Positions 31,239 to 40,655 of a stretch of 64,000 bases of DNA are shown here, piece after piece. The position numbers were made by a program, and so were the translations under genes. The stretch comes from Nitrospirota bacterium (GTDB taxonomy: Bacteria > JACPQY01). The stretch lies in NCBI GenBank assembly GCA_016180645.1, contig JACPAV010000002.1, forward strand, positions 238,628 to 302,627, in the 5' to 3' direction. The notes under the pieces were generated by a model. The model did not search any database and was not told the DNA's origin. It saw only the letters and a program-made list of their open reading frames with translations. Within the stretch, counting starts at the first letter, position 1; every line of letters begins with the position of its first letter.

Positions 31239-32771
31239 CTACGTTTGATGCACGGGTTCGGGGACCATCATGGGCGCGCGTTGCGGCTGGGGGGCCACTT
31301 CCGCGTGACCCACGCCCACCATGTGGCGCGTGCCGAAATCCGGGTAGCATTCCTGTCCATGCTCCCCGATGTCGAGTCCTTCCTGTTCCTCTTCCGCGGT
31401 CACCCGGATTCCGCCCGTGATGATCTTGATGATGCTCCAGATGATCAAGGCGGCCACGAGTGTGTAGCCGGCCACGGCCACCACGCCGATCACCTGCGCG
31501 GTCAGGAGCGTGAATCCGCCGCCGTACAGCAGACCCATTCCGGGCCCTTTCACGAAGGCGTCCGAGCCGAACAAGCCGAGGGAGAGGGTTCCCCACACGC
31601 CGTTGACGAGGTGGACGGACAGCGCGCCCACCGGATCATCCAACTTCAGCTTGTCGAACATCACGACCGCAAGAACCACGAGGACTCCCGCGATCAGGCC
31701 GATGACCAGCGAGGCTTTCACGCTGACGAACGCGCACGGCGCCGTGATGGCCACGAGGCCCGCCAGGATGCCGTTCAACATCATCGTGAGGTCCGGCTTT
31801 CGGAACATCAGCCAGGCGGTGACGGTTGAAGAGAATGCAGCGGCGGCGGCTGCCGTATTCGTCGTCACGGCGATTCCGGCAATCGCACCCCAATCCGCGG
31901 CCATGGTCGATCCGGGGTTGAACCCGAACCAGCCCAGCCAGAGAATGAAGACGCCGAGCGTGACGGACGTAAGATTGTGGCCCGGGATCGGATTCACCTT
32001 GCCGTCTTTGGTGTATTTGCCGATCCGCGGGCCGAGCAGGATGACACCTGCGAGCGCGGCCCAACCTCCGACGGAATGGACGACGGTGGAGCCCGCAAAA
32101 TCCCAGAAGCCTTTCTGGGCCAGCCAGCCGCCCCCCCAGATCCAGTGACCGGTGATGGGGTAGAGAGCGATGCCCATGAAGAAGGCGAAGATCATGAAGG
32201 AGGAGTACTTGATCCGTTCGGCCACGACGCCGGAGACGATGGTCGCCGCCGTTCCCGCGAACACGAGTTGGAAGAAGTACTTCGCCCAGAGCGGCGTGCC
32301 GGTCCAGGCGATGGACTTATAGACGCCCTGGTAGGCGTCGCCCGTGTACGGGCTATTGTCCGCGCCGCCCATGAACCAGACGCCGGTCGTGCCCGTGAAG
32401 CCGTTGCCGTCCCCGAACATCAGGCCGAAGCCGAGGAAGAGGAAGGCGAGGGACGACATTGCGAAGACGATGACGTTCTTGGACAGGATGTTCACGGAGT
32501 TCTTCGCGCGGCAGAGACCCGACTCCACGAGCGCGAATCCCGCGTTCATCCAGAAGACGAGCATGGCGGTGATGAGCGTCCACAGCGTGTCCGCCATCAC
32601 CTTCGGCGCGTCCAGCGGCGGCGGTCCGGCTGGAGCCGCAGGGGCCGCTTCCATCGGAGGCGCGGCCATTTCCGGCATCGCCTCCTGGGCGATCGCCCAT
32701 CCCGCCCAAAGGAGCGTTCCCGCGAACGGGACGAGGCTCCCCGGGCTCAGAAATTTCTTCAGCTTATTCAT
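31239..32771 (-). CDS. amtB: Ammonium transporter (second, divergent type)
   Basis: AGFALVESG, DFAGSTVVH, WFGFNPGS, DDPVGALSVH. Confidence 0.96.
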   Translation of the reverse strand: MNKLKKFLSPGSLVPFAGTLLWAGWAIAQEAMPEMAAPPMEAAPAAPAGPPPLDAPKVMADTLWTLITAMLVFWMNAGFALVESGLCRAKNSVNILSKNVIVFAMSSLAFLFLGFGLMFGDGNGFTGTTGVWFMGGADNSPYTGDAYQGVYKSIAWTGTPLWAKYFFQLVFAGTAATIVSGVVAERIKYSSFMIFAFFMGIALYPITGHWIWGGGWLAQKGFWDFAGSTVVHSVGGWAALAGVILLGPRIGKYTKDGKVNPIPGHNLTSVTLGVFILWLGWFGFNPGSTMAADWGAIAGIAVTTNTAAAAAAFSSTVTAWLMFRKPDLTMMLNGILAGLVAITAPCAFVSVKASLVIGLIAGVLVVLAVVMFDKLKLDDPVGALSVHLVNGVWGTLSLGLFGSDAFVKGPGMGLLYGGGFTLLTAQVIGVVAVAGYTLVAALIIWSIIKIITGGIRVTAEEEQEGLDIGEHGQECYPDFGTRHMVGVGHAEVAPQPQRAPMMVPEPVHQT

Positions 32772-32789
32772 TTGATACCTCCCGATTGA

Positions 32790-33869
32790 CTAGAACGTGT
32801 ACGACATCCCCAGGCTGGCCGTGAGGTTCGTGTTCTTTGCATTGCCCTCCGCATCGGTGAAGGCTTTCTCGCTCGCGAAATCGAGCCGGACTTCCGGGCG
32901 AACGGCGAAGCCCTCCGCAGGCTTCCATGCCGGGGTGATGGTGAAATTGTGCGCTAATAGATCCGCGACCGTCGTACGATAGCCGTCCTTGTCCGAAAAA
33001 ACCTCATATCGAAGGCCAAGCGCCATCGTGTCCGAGAGGCTATAGACGGGCTGTATTCCCGCACCCCACCAAGTAGCGTCGGTCCCCTGGCTCTTGGCGT
33101 CGGAATTCCCGAAATTGAATTGGAAGTTGATGGGCATGCCGCTGACCACATTGGTCACGCCGGTGACGTCGATGGACATGTTGGCCACCGTCCCGCCGAA
33201 GTACGGGGAGATTCCCAGCGTCAATGGATCCCCGAGGTTCAGCCCAAGCCGACTGATCAGTGTCCGCTTGCTGGTCTTGAAGATGACCGAATCCCAATCG
33301 TTGACGTACCCGAGCTTGATATCGAACATGTCGCTCGGTGCGATCGTGAAATACGTACCGGTCAGCGTGTACGCTTCCGCCAGACCGAACAGATAGCCGC
33401 GAGACACCGTCGGATTGGCTGGGCCCTCGATAACCTCGATGCCCTGGAAGGTGACGAACTTGCCCATCGTCCACTTCACCTTGTCGTGGAGGTTGTAGGA
33501 CATGTAGGCCTCCTGCACATCCACGTAGCCGGTCGTGGCCAGCACGGGGTCTTTGTTGACCGCCGCGTCGCTTCCCGCATCGAGTTCCACAGTGTAGGTC
33601 AGGCCTTCCACACCATCGCCGGCCAGCATCACGTGGGCGGCGTTGAGGGTGAATTCATTCGCCCGGTTATCGTAGCTACGAAGCTCATTCACGTTCTTGC
33701 CGCCCTTCTTCATGAGATTGAAGTTGAACGTGGATTCGACGTGGCCCCCCATCTTGGGACCTTCTTTGGCCGTGGCGGGCGCCGTGTCGATCAGTACCGC
33801 CAATCCGGCCGTCAGGGCCAGCAGAGCAGTCCTCTTCAAAACGTTTTTCGGGCAGACCTGTACCTTCAT
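32790..33869 (-). CDS. Outer-membrane beta-barrel porin (putative)
   Basis: Signal peptide, GKFVTFQGIEVI, LRYEVFSD, VRPEVRLD, terminal YTF. Confidence 0.8.
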   Translation of the reverse strand: MKVQVCPKNVLKRTALLALTAGLAVLIDTAPATAKEGPKMGGHVESTFNFNLMKKGGKNVNELRSYDNRANEFTLNAAHVMLAGDGVEGLTYTVELDAGSDAAVNKDPVLATTGYVDVQEAYMSYNLHDKVKWTMGKFVTFQGIEVIEGPANPTVSRGYLFGLAEAYTLTGTYFTIAPSDMFDIKLGYVNDWDSVIFKTSKRTLISRLGLNLGDPLTLGISPYFGGTVANMSIDVTGVTNVVSGMPINFQFNFGNSDAKSQGTDATWWGAGIQPVYSLSDTMALGLRYEVFSDKDGYRTTVADLLAHNFTITPAWKPAEGFAVRPEVRLDFASEKAFTDAEGNAKNTNLTASLGMSYTF

Positions 33870-33995
33870 AGTTAGACCTCCGTTTTTCCTTTCTCCCGCC
33901 TTCGTTTGCCTTCCTGGCTCTCGGCGGCTTTCGGCCTTCCTGGCCGGGGTTTCGGCCCCCCGCCTCCTCAGCGAGGGGCCCTCTCGATTATTTCA

Positions 33996-35405
33996 TCAAG
34001 CGTCGTAATACAGATGAAACTCCAACGGCGTGGGGCGGAGTCGGATCGGATCGATCTCCTTCTCCTTCTTCCAGCTGATCCACGCCTCGATCATGTCATC
34101 CGTGAACACGTTTCCCTTCTTGAGGAATTCGTGATCCTTCTCCAATTCCTCGATCGCCTCCGAGAGGCTTGAGGGGAGTTGCGGCACTTTCTTCGCCTCG
34201 GCCGCGGGCAAGTGATAAATGTCCTTGTCGAGCGGTTCGCCCGGCTTGATCTTCTTCTCGATGCCGTCCAACCCCGCCATGAGCATGGCGCTGAACGCGA
34301 GGTACGGATTGCACGACGGATCGGGGAATCGCACTTCGACGCGCTTCGCCTTGGGGGACGGGCTGTACAAAGGGATTCGGCAGCAGGCGCTGCGGTTCCG
34401 CGCCGAGTAGGCGAGGTTTACCGGGGCCTCGAAGCCCGGCACGAGCCGGCGGTAGGAGTTCACGGTGGGGGCCACGATCGCGGCCAGCGCGCGGCCGTGT
34501 TTCAGGATTCCGCCGATGTAGTGCAAGCCGAGATCGGAGAGACCGGCGTACCCTTCGCCAGCCATGAGCGGCTTGCCGTTCTTCCAGACGCTTTGGTGCG
34601 TGTGCATGCCCGAACCGTTGTCTCCGAAGATCGGCTTCGGCATGAACGTGACGGTCTTCCCATGTTTCCAGGCGACGTTCTTGCAGACGTGCTTGTACCA
34701 CATGAGCTTGTCCGCCATGTCGACCAGCTCGGAGAACCGCATGTCGATTTCCGCCTGACCGGCCGTGGCCACCTCGTGGTGCTGCTTCTCGACGATGATG
34801 CCCACTTTCTGCATGGTGAGAAGCATCTCGGTGCGAAGGTCTTGGAAGGTGTCGTTCGGCGAAACCGGGAAATAGCCCTCCTTGTGGCGCGGCTTGTATC
34901 CAAGGTTGTCTTCCTTGTCGCCCGAGCCCCAGATGCCTTCCTTGGATTCGATGTGGTAGTAGCTGTGATCGACTTGCGCGTCGTAGCGGACGCCGTCGAA
35001 AATGAAGAATTCAGGTTCCGGCCCCATGTAGGCCGTGTCGCCAATGCCTGTCTTCTTCAGGTGCTCAATGGCTTTCTTTGCGATGTAACGCGGGTCGCGC
35101 GAGTACGGCTTGCGGCTGATCGGGTCGAGAATGTCGCAGATCAGGCTCAGCGTCGGCTCGGCGCAAAACGGATCCATCACGGCCGTTTTCGCATCGGGGA
35201 TCACGAGCATGTCGCTCTCCTGGATCCCCTGCCAGCCACGGATGCTGGACCCGTCGAACCCGAGACCTTCTTCCAAGGTCTCCTCGGTAATTTCCGACAT
35301 CCCGGTAGTGAAGTGCTGCCAGGTGCCGAGCATGTCGCAGAATTTCAGGTCACAGACCTTCGCGCCCTGCTCCTTCGCGAATTTCAAAACGTCTTTCGAT
35401 GTCAT
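33996..35405 (-). CDS. glnA: Glutamine synthetase type I
   Basis: [31 protein letters not shown], adenylylation-site DIYHL. Confidence 0.99.
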   Translation of the reverse strand: MTSKDVLKFAKEQGAKVCDLKFCDMLGTWQHFTTGMSEITEETLEEGLGFDGSSIRGWQGIQESDMLVIPDAKTAVMDPFCAEPTLSLICDILDPISRKPYSRDPRYIAKKAIEHLKKTGIGDTAYMGPEPEFFIFDGVRYDAQVDHSYYHIESKEGIWGSGDKEDNLGYKPRHKEGYFPVSPNDTFQDLRTEMLLTMQKVGIIVEKQHHEVATAGQAEIDMRFSELVDMADKLMWYKHVCKNVAWKHGKTVTFMPKPIFGDNGSGMHTHQSVWKNGKPLMAGEGYAGLSDLGLHYIGGILKHGRALAAIVAPTVNSYRRLVPGFEAPVNLAYSARNRSACCRIPLYSPSPKAKRVEVRFPDPSCNPYLAFSAMLMAGLDGIEKKIKPGEPLDKDIYHLPAAEAKKVPQLPSSLSEAIEELEKDHEFLKKGNVFTDDMIEAWISWKKEKEIDPIRLRPTPLEFHLYYDA

Positions 35406-35481
35406 TCCTGCTCTGTCTCCTTTCTTGCTGCTCTCACTGCTGCTCTTCTTAGTGGGCATGGGACGGCTGTTTCTTGACGGC

Positions 35482-35871
<390 letters not shown>

Positions 35872-35884
35872 CTACACGCCCTAG

Positions 35885-35900
35885 CGCAAGGTCGGTGCCA
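35885..35900 (-). promoter_or_regulatory. Sigma-54 promoter of the glnB-glnA operon
   Basis: Minus strand TGGCAC-CGACC-TTGCG. Confidence 0.88.
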
Positions 35901-35969
35901 ACGGCAAACGCATCAACGTATTGTGTTTTCATTGTTTTCAATGGGTACAGGTTATCCACAAGCTCGGAG

Positions 35970-36007
35970 AGCACATCGAAAGTGCGTTGATGCACCATTG
36001 AAGTGCA
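35970..36007. promoter_or_regulatory. Tandem NtrC-type binding boxes
   Basis: AGCAC-N7-GTGCG (35970-35986) and TGCACCATTGAAGTGCA (35991-36007), centres 21 bp apart. Confidence 0.82.
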
Positions 36008-36042
36008 TATTGCCAGACCCTCCAGCCGGTCCCTGCTGCTGC

Positions 36043-37407
36043 TCATTCGGCCATTTTCCGATCATATATTTTGCGCACACTCAACATGAACTGCCTGAGC
36101 CTGTCAAGAAATCTATCCCCGTCCTTCGGCTTGTCAGGCCAGGTTGATGCTCGCACCAAAGCCGAATAGTTCATCTTCGAAGGAGAGATTTGGTTGCCCG
36201 CCTTACCTTCCACGAGGCGAACCCGCCCAATGATTTTCTTGAGTTCATCGTACGCCTCGAGGAGGGATTCCGCCTCACCGGCGCTCAACCACCCAATGGA
36301 CCCGAGCGCGCGAATCGCGCCGCGCGTGGACCGCGTCCGCAATTCCGGATGCTCATGACCGAAAGCCAGCTGGCCCGCCTGGGAGAGGAACTCGATGTCC
36401 ATCGTTCCCCCCCGGCCAAATTTCAAATCGACAAAAGAAGATCCGATGGGCGCGTAGTTCTTCTCCACCAGTAGCTTCATCTCATGAACTTTGCGGAACA
36501 CTCCCGATGGCTCGCGCTTTTCGTACACCATCCCGGAAATTTGAGATTTGAAATTTGAGATTTGAGATTTGGCCAGAATCCGGGCCTTGATGAGGGCCTG
36601 CTTCTCCCAAAGCTCGGTGGACTCCCGGTGGTATTTCAGGAATCCTTCCTGCGAGATCACCAGAACGCCCCCGCGGCCGTGCGGTCGCAGATCGGCGTCC
36701 ACCGCGTACAGGAGGCCCGAGGGACCCAGCGTCGAGATGTCGCGTATGAATCGCTGGGCCGACCGGATGACCTGCTCGCCATTGTCTGTGTTGTGGAGAA
36801 AAATCAGATCGAGATCCGATTCGTACGTCATCTCGGCCGCGCCGAACTTGCCCATCGCCAGGATGAAGAAGTCCTTCTCCGACATGCCCGGGCCGCGGTA
36901 CACGCGGAGCGCCTCCTCCACGAGCGCATCCGCGGCAAGGGTGATGGCCTCTTCAACCTCCCTTTGAGCGAGCTGCCCCATCAACTCACGGGCAAGGATT
37001 TCGATGGTCAGCACCTGCCGGAGGACTTGGAGAGCCTCCATTTTCTCGGCGGCAGGCTTCTTCGCGATGGCGCCAAGCCCTGCGTCAATTCGGTCCCTCC
37101 AGACGGGCGCCGCTCCGGAGGGAATGAATGCGGAGAGAACTTTCGCAGGTTCGCTCAGGACGAAGCGGGAGATCGGCCACGCCAGACCGAGGACATACGC
37201 GAGGGCCTTGTCATCGATCCCCTGGGGAATGCCGCCCCGCTCCGCTTCGCTTCGGGGACGGCGATCGGAATAGACATGGAGATCCCCGCCGCCGCGTTCC
37301 ACGCTCTGAGACAGCGTTTCCCAATTCCGCCTCGCCTGCGCCGGGTCGGGCGAGGATTCGAAGATTTCGCCGGGTGGAAATCGGACGATGAGATCCCCCC
37401 AGCGCAA
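36043..37407 (-). CDS. glnE: GlnE-like adenylyltransferase, second half; start uncertain (TTG)
   Basis: MGKFGAAEMTYESDLDLIF, VDADLRPHG, WEKQALIKAR, DLKFGRGGTMDIEF. Confidence 0.8.
   Translation of the reverse strand: MRWGDLIVRFPPGEIFESSPDPAQARRNWETLSQSVERGGGDLHVYSDRRPRSEAERGGIPQGIDDKALAYVLGLAWPISRFVLSEPAKVLSAFIPSGAAPVWRDRIDAGLGAIAKKPAAEKMEALQVLRQVLTIEILARELMGQLAQREVEEAITLAADALVEEALRVYRGPGMSEKDFFILAMGKFGAAEMTYESDLDLIFLHNTDNGEQVIRSAQRFIRDISTLGPSGLLYAVDADLRPHGRGGVLVISQEGFLKYHRESTELWEKQALIKARILAKSQISNFKSQISGMVYEKREPSGVFRKVHEMKLLVEKNYAPIGSSFVDLKFGRGGTMDIEFLSQAGQLAFGHEHPELRTRSTRGAIRALGSIGWLSAGEAESLLEAYDELKKIIGRVRLVEGKAGNQISPSKMNYSALVRASTWPDKPKDGDRFLDRLRQFMLSVRKIYDRKMAE
36536..36570. repeat. In-frame heptamer repeat (AAATYTC x5) within glnE half
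   Basis: Encodes SQISNFKSQIS. Confidence 0.8.
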
Positions 37408-37410
37408 TCA

Positions 37411-37474
37411 CGCGGGCTGAAGCCCGCGGCTACCACAGAGGTGGAACCCAGGTAGGCGCAGGCTTGAGCCTGCG
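37411..37474. repeat. Two back-to-back GTAG REP palindromes between the glnE halves
   Basis: CGCGGGCTGAAGCCCGCGGCTAC and GTAGGCGCAGGCTTGAGCCTGCG. Confidence 0.8.
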
Positions 37475-37511
37475 TCCGTTCTGCGCCGAGGCTTCATCTG
37501 GGCACTCGTGC

Positions 37512-38948
37512 CTATTCTCCGGCGTTGGGGGGATCGAAATCCCCGAGGAACCGCTCGAAGGCCTCGCGGGAGACGGTGCGGTAGACCTGGAGATCCTCTT
37601 CGAAATCGTCCAGCTTCTCCGCCGCGGCGCCGGTTTTCTTCAATCCATAGCCCATGGAGCGGGCCAGCGTCAGCCGCGCGGCGTGATCGGTCTTCAGGTG
37701 GTAGGTCTGCGACTCCTCCTCCATCTGGAGGTGCGTTTCCAGTCGGCGGAGAAACAGGTAGGCCTCCTTGAGCTGATCCCGCTCGCCCGGCGAAATGTAC
37801 TGCTCTTTGGAGAGTGCCTCCAGCGCCTTGAGCGTCACGGGCGTTCTCAGAGTCGGTTTCTTGCCGGCATTCAGGATCTGATGCCCCTGCACAAAAAATT
37901 CAATGTCCCGGATCCCCCCCGCCCCGGTCTTCACATTCCATTTCCCGGGCTGTTCGCGCAGGCGGGCCTGCTCATCTTTGATCTTCTTGACGCTTTGGAC
38001 GTCACCGAGGCTGAGGTATTTCTTGAATACAAACGGCTCCACGCTCTCGAGGAATCGCGCCCCGAGCGCCAGGTCTCCGGCGCAGGGCCGCGAGCGAAGC
38101 AGAGCGAAACGCTCCCACGGGAGGCCCCAGGTTTCGTAGTAGAGTTCGGCGGCATAAACGGAATTGACCAGCGCGCCGGAGGCTCCCTCCGGTCTCAGAG
38201 CAAGATCCACGCGATAGAGGAACCCCTCCTCGGAGGTTTTCTGAATCCGCGTGAGAAAGTCCTGGGCGATCCGGGCGGCGATTTCCTGCATCTCCACCGG
38301 CGTGGGCGTATCCGGATCCTGCCCGGCGTAGACGAACTGGATGTCTACATCCGAACTGTAATTGAGTTCCTGGCTGCCCAGTTTCCCCTGTCCGATGATC
38401 GTCAGCCGGGGACGATCGCTCTCGGCGACATTCGACGCGAGTACGGCCTCCTCCAGGATCCAGTCCAGGATCGAGTCGGCCAGCCCGGAAAGCTCCGAAA
38501 GAATCGCGTCGTACGGGCCGATTTCGGCCAGGTCCTTGATCGCGATGCGAAGCAACTCATCGTACTTGAACCGAAAAATGGAACGTTCCCGTCCTTCCGG
38601 CGCTCCTCCTCCATCTCCGGCGAGAGCCCTTAACCTCGCGCGGTAGGCATCCGGCGCGCGGACCTCCGCAAGAGCCTTGGGCTGCGCGAGAATGGCCGCG
38701 GAGGATGGATTGCGAAAGAGATACCGGGAAAGGGACTGGGAATAGCCGAAGACCCTCACCAGATTCTGCCGGCCAGGGAGGGGGAGCGAATCCCACGCTT
38801 CCGCTCCTTCTTTTTCGGAAAGAAAGCGTTCCAAATTCGCCTCGGCCAATTCCGGATCGGCGGCGAATTTCTTCAGATCGACAACGAACCCTGGCGCGGA
38901 CACGCCTTGCTCATAGGCCAGCGAATCATGGATGTCAACGCGCTCCAT
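37512..38948 (-). CDS. glnE: GlnE-like adenylyltransferase, first half
   Basis: GKLGSQELNYSSDVD, YRVDLALRPEG, WERFALLR, NVKTGAGGIRDIEF, AYLFLRRLE. Confidence 0.88.
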   Translation of the reverse strand: MERVDIHDSLAYEQGVSAPGFVVDLKKFAADPELAEANLERFLSEKEGAEAWDSLPLPGRQNLVRVFGYSQSLSRYLFRNPSSAAILAQPKALAEVRAPDAYRARLRALAGDGGGAPEGRERSIFRFKYDELLRIAIKDLAEIGPYDAILSELSGLADSILDWILEEAVLASNVAESDRPRLTIIGQGKLGSQELNYSSDVDIQFVYAGQDPDTPTPVEMQEIAARIAQDFLTRIQKTSEEGFLYRVDLALRPEGASGALVNSVYAAELYYETWGLPWERFALLRSRPCAGDLALGARFLESVEPFVFKKYLSLGDVQSVKKIKDEQARLREQPGKWNVKTGAGGIRDIEFFVQGHQILNAGKKPTLRTPVTLKALEALSKEQYISPGERDQLKEAYLFLRRLETHLQMEEESQTYHLKTDHAARLTLARSMGYGLKKTGAAAEKLDDFEEDLQVYRTVSREAFERFLGDFDPPNAGE

Positions 38949-38964
38949 CAGGATGTTTCGCTTT

Positions 38965-39025
38965 GTATAATCGGTGACAGTATACTGTTATTCACTGTCA
39001 TAGAGTATACTGTCACCGATTATAC
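38965..39025. repeat. Long palindrome (22-bp perfect arms), family GGTGACAGTATACT
   Basis: GTATAATCGGTGACAGTATACT...AGTATACTGTCACCGATTATAC. Confidence 0.9.
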
Positions 39026-39083
39026 GCGATGAAGGCATGCGCTTGTCCTGTCCGGAATCGGTGGCGTAGAATCTCTGATCGAG

Positions 39084-39653
39084 GTGACGAACACCATCGG
39101 GAGATACATTCTCATCAGGCACATTCCGAATGCGATCACTTTCCTCAGGCTGCTGCTGTGCATCGCCTTGGCGGCCTTTCTCATCCGTCAGAACTATCAG
39201 GGGGCACTCTTCGTTTACATTGTCGAGGAAGTTCTGGACCAGGCGGACGGGAAGCTCGCCCGGCTCCTCAGCGCCGGATCCGAGACCGGCCGAGTTTTCG
39301 ATCCTTTCGTGGACACCTTAGTCCACCTCACTGCGTTTTCCGGCTTGCTCACCATGGGCGCCATCCCTCTGTGGATGTTCCTCGTGATCCTCTTCCGCGA
39401 ACTCCTCATGGGCTTCCTCCGTCTTCTGGCCTCGGTTCAGGGAGAAAGGATCGGTGCCCATTGGCCCGGCCAGGCCAAGGCGCTTCTTCACGCCGTGGCG
39501 ATTGTTTTTTCGCTGGCCACGCTGGCTTACCCCCGAGAGTACGGGCTTGGGATCTCCGGTTGGATGGCCGTAGCCGCCTCCGCAAGTGTCGCCTCCGGGG
39601 CCATTTATCTCTGGGTGTATCGGCTCGTCCTTCGAAAGGCCTTTGCGACGTGA
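39084..39653 (+). CDS. CDP-alcohol phosphatidyltransferase (PgsA-like)
   Basis: IPNAITFLR, DQADGKLAR...GRVFDPFVD. Confidence 0.9.
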   Translation: MTNTIGRYILIRHIPNAITFLRLLLCIALAAFLIRQNYQGALFVYIVEEVLDQADGKLARLLSAGSETGRVFDPFVDTLVHLTAFSGLLTMGAIPLWMFLVILFRELLMGFLRLLASVQGERIGAHWPGQAKALLHAVAIVFSLATLAYPREYGLGISGWMAVAASASVASGAIYLWVYRLVLRKAFAT

Positions 39654-40648
39654 GAGATGTCGCAATCCGGTTGGATGAAGAAACTTCCGCCGGAGCCGGA
39701 CTTTGGATTTGGAATCAGACCGTATTGGAACGCTTGTTGAGACTTTGTCGCGATTCGGGAGTTGCCGTTAGGACGGGAGCCCACTCTCCGGGTGATCTCC
39801 CCGCCCATCTCGTTTGCTCCACCCGGTTCTTCAAAGCCTATCTGGAGTCCGGGCAGTCTTTCGATCCATTCGCCTGCTCAACGCGTTTTGCTTTTGATTT
39901 GTGCTCGGATCCGGGATCCGTCCGTCGCGCCAAGCGACGGCTCTTCGCGGATGCGAAAAAGCCGACGGATGGCTGGGTGTCCAGAAATCTCAACGCGAAA
40001 CTTTCGATCCCGCTGTCGCGGATCCTGGCGGAGCTGCCGCTCCACCCGAATGGGATCACCTTCCTGAACGTCCCCTTGGGCATTGCCGCTGCATGGCATG
40101 CCGCCCGTCCCGGATACGGGGCGGCGGCGACCGCCGGCCTCTTGTTCCAGTTCGCCTCCGTATTCGACGGGTGTGACGGGGAAATCGCCCGGACAAAACT
40201 TCAGGTCACGAAACTCGGCGGTTGGCTGGATACGATGGTTGACAATCTGGCCTATCTCCTTTTCTTTCTTGGGGTGGGCATCTGGCAGGCGCAGCAGAAA
40301 GATCAAGGCGTCTACCTCCATGCCATGGGAGTGGCCCTAATGTTCCTCGCCGGCTCACTCATTCTTACCTACGTCGGCATGAAACGAATGGGCACTGAAT
40401 CTCATCACGAATACCGACAAGCCCTGGATCGGCTCTTCCGAGATCGCGCTCCCCTGAGGCTCTTCCATCGGATCTCCTTTCTCAGCAAGCGGGAGAATTT
40501 TGCGTTGGGGATCTGCCTCCTCTGTCTGCTGAATCTCCGAGAAGTCGTGTACTGGGGTGTGCTGGTCGGCCTCGGTCTCTATTCCGCCGTGGTTTGCTCC
40601 TCCTTCCCGGCCTTGATCGAGAGGCTTGGCAGGGGACGGGAGCGATAA
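39650..40648 (+). CDS. CDP-alcohol phosphotransferase with soluble N-terminal region (DIPPS-like)
   Basis: KPTDGWVSRNLN, PNGIT, DGCDGEIAR...GGWLDTMVD; GTGA overlap. Confidence 0.85.
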   Translation: MRDVAIRLDEETSAGAGLWIWNQTVLERLLRLCRDSGVAVRTGAHSPGDLPAHLVCSTRFFKAYLESGQSFDPFACSTRFAFDLCSDPGSVRRAKRRLFADAKKPTDGWVSRNLNAKLSIPLSRILAELPLHPNGITFLNVPLGIAAAWHAARPGYGAAATAGLLFQFASVFDGCDGEIARTKLQVTKLGGWLDTMVDNLAYLLFFLGVGIWQAQQKDQGVYLHAMGVALMFLAGSLILTYVGMKRMGTESHHEYRQALDRLFRDRAPLRLFHRISFLSKRENFALGICLLCLLNLREVVYWGVLVGLGLYSAVVCSSFPALIERLGRGRER

Positions 40649-40655
40649 GCAGCAC

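Noticed and set aside
37408-37514. Stop-codon readthrough joining the glnE halves
   Set aside because: The halves are out of frame (104-nt gap) and no slippery site is evident
39029-39649. N-terminal extension of the 539-aa ORF
   Set aside because: Arg/Pro-rich alternative frame over the PgsA-like gene; a GTGA-coupled start at 39650 fits better
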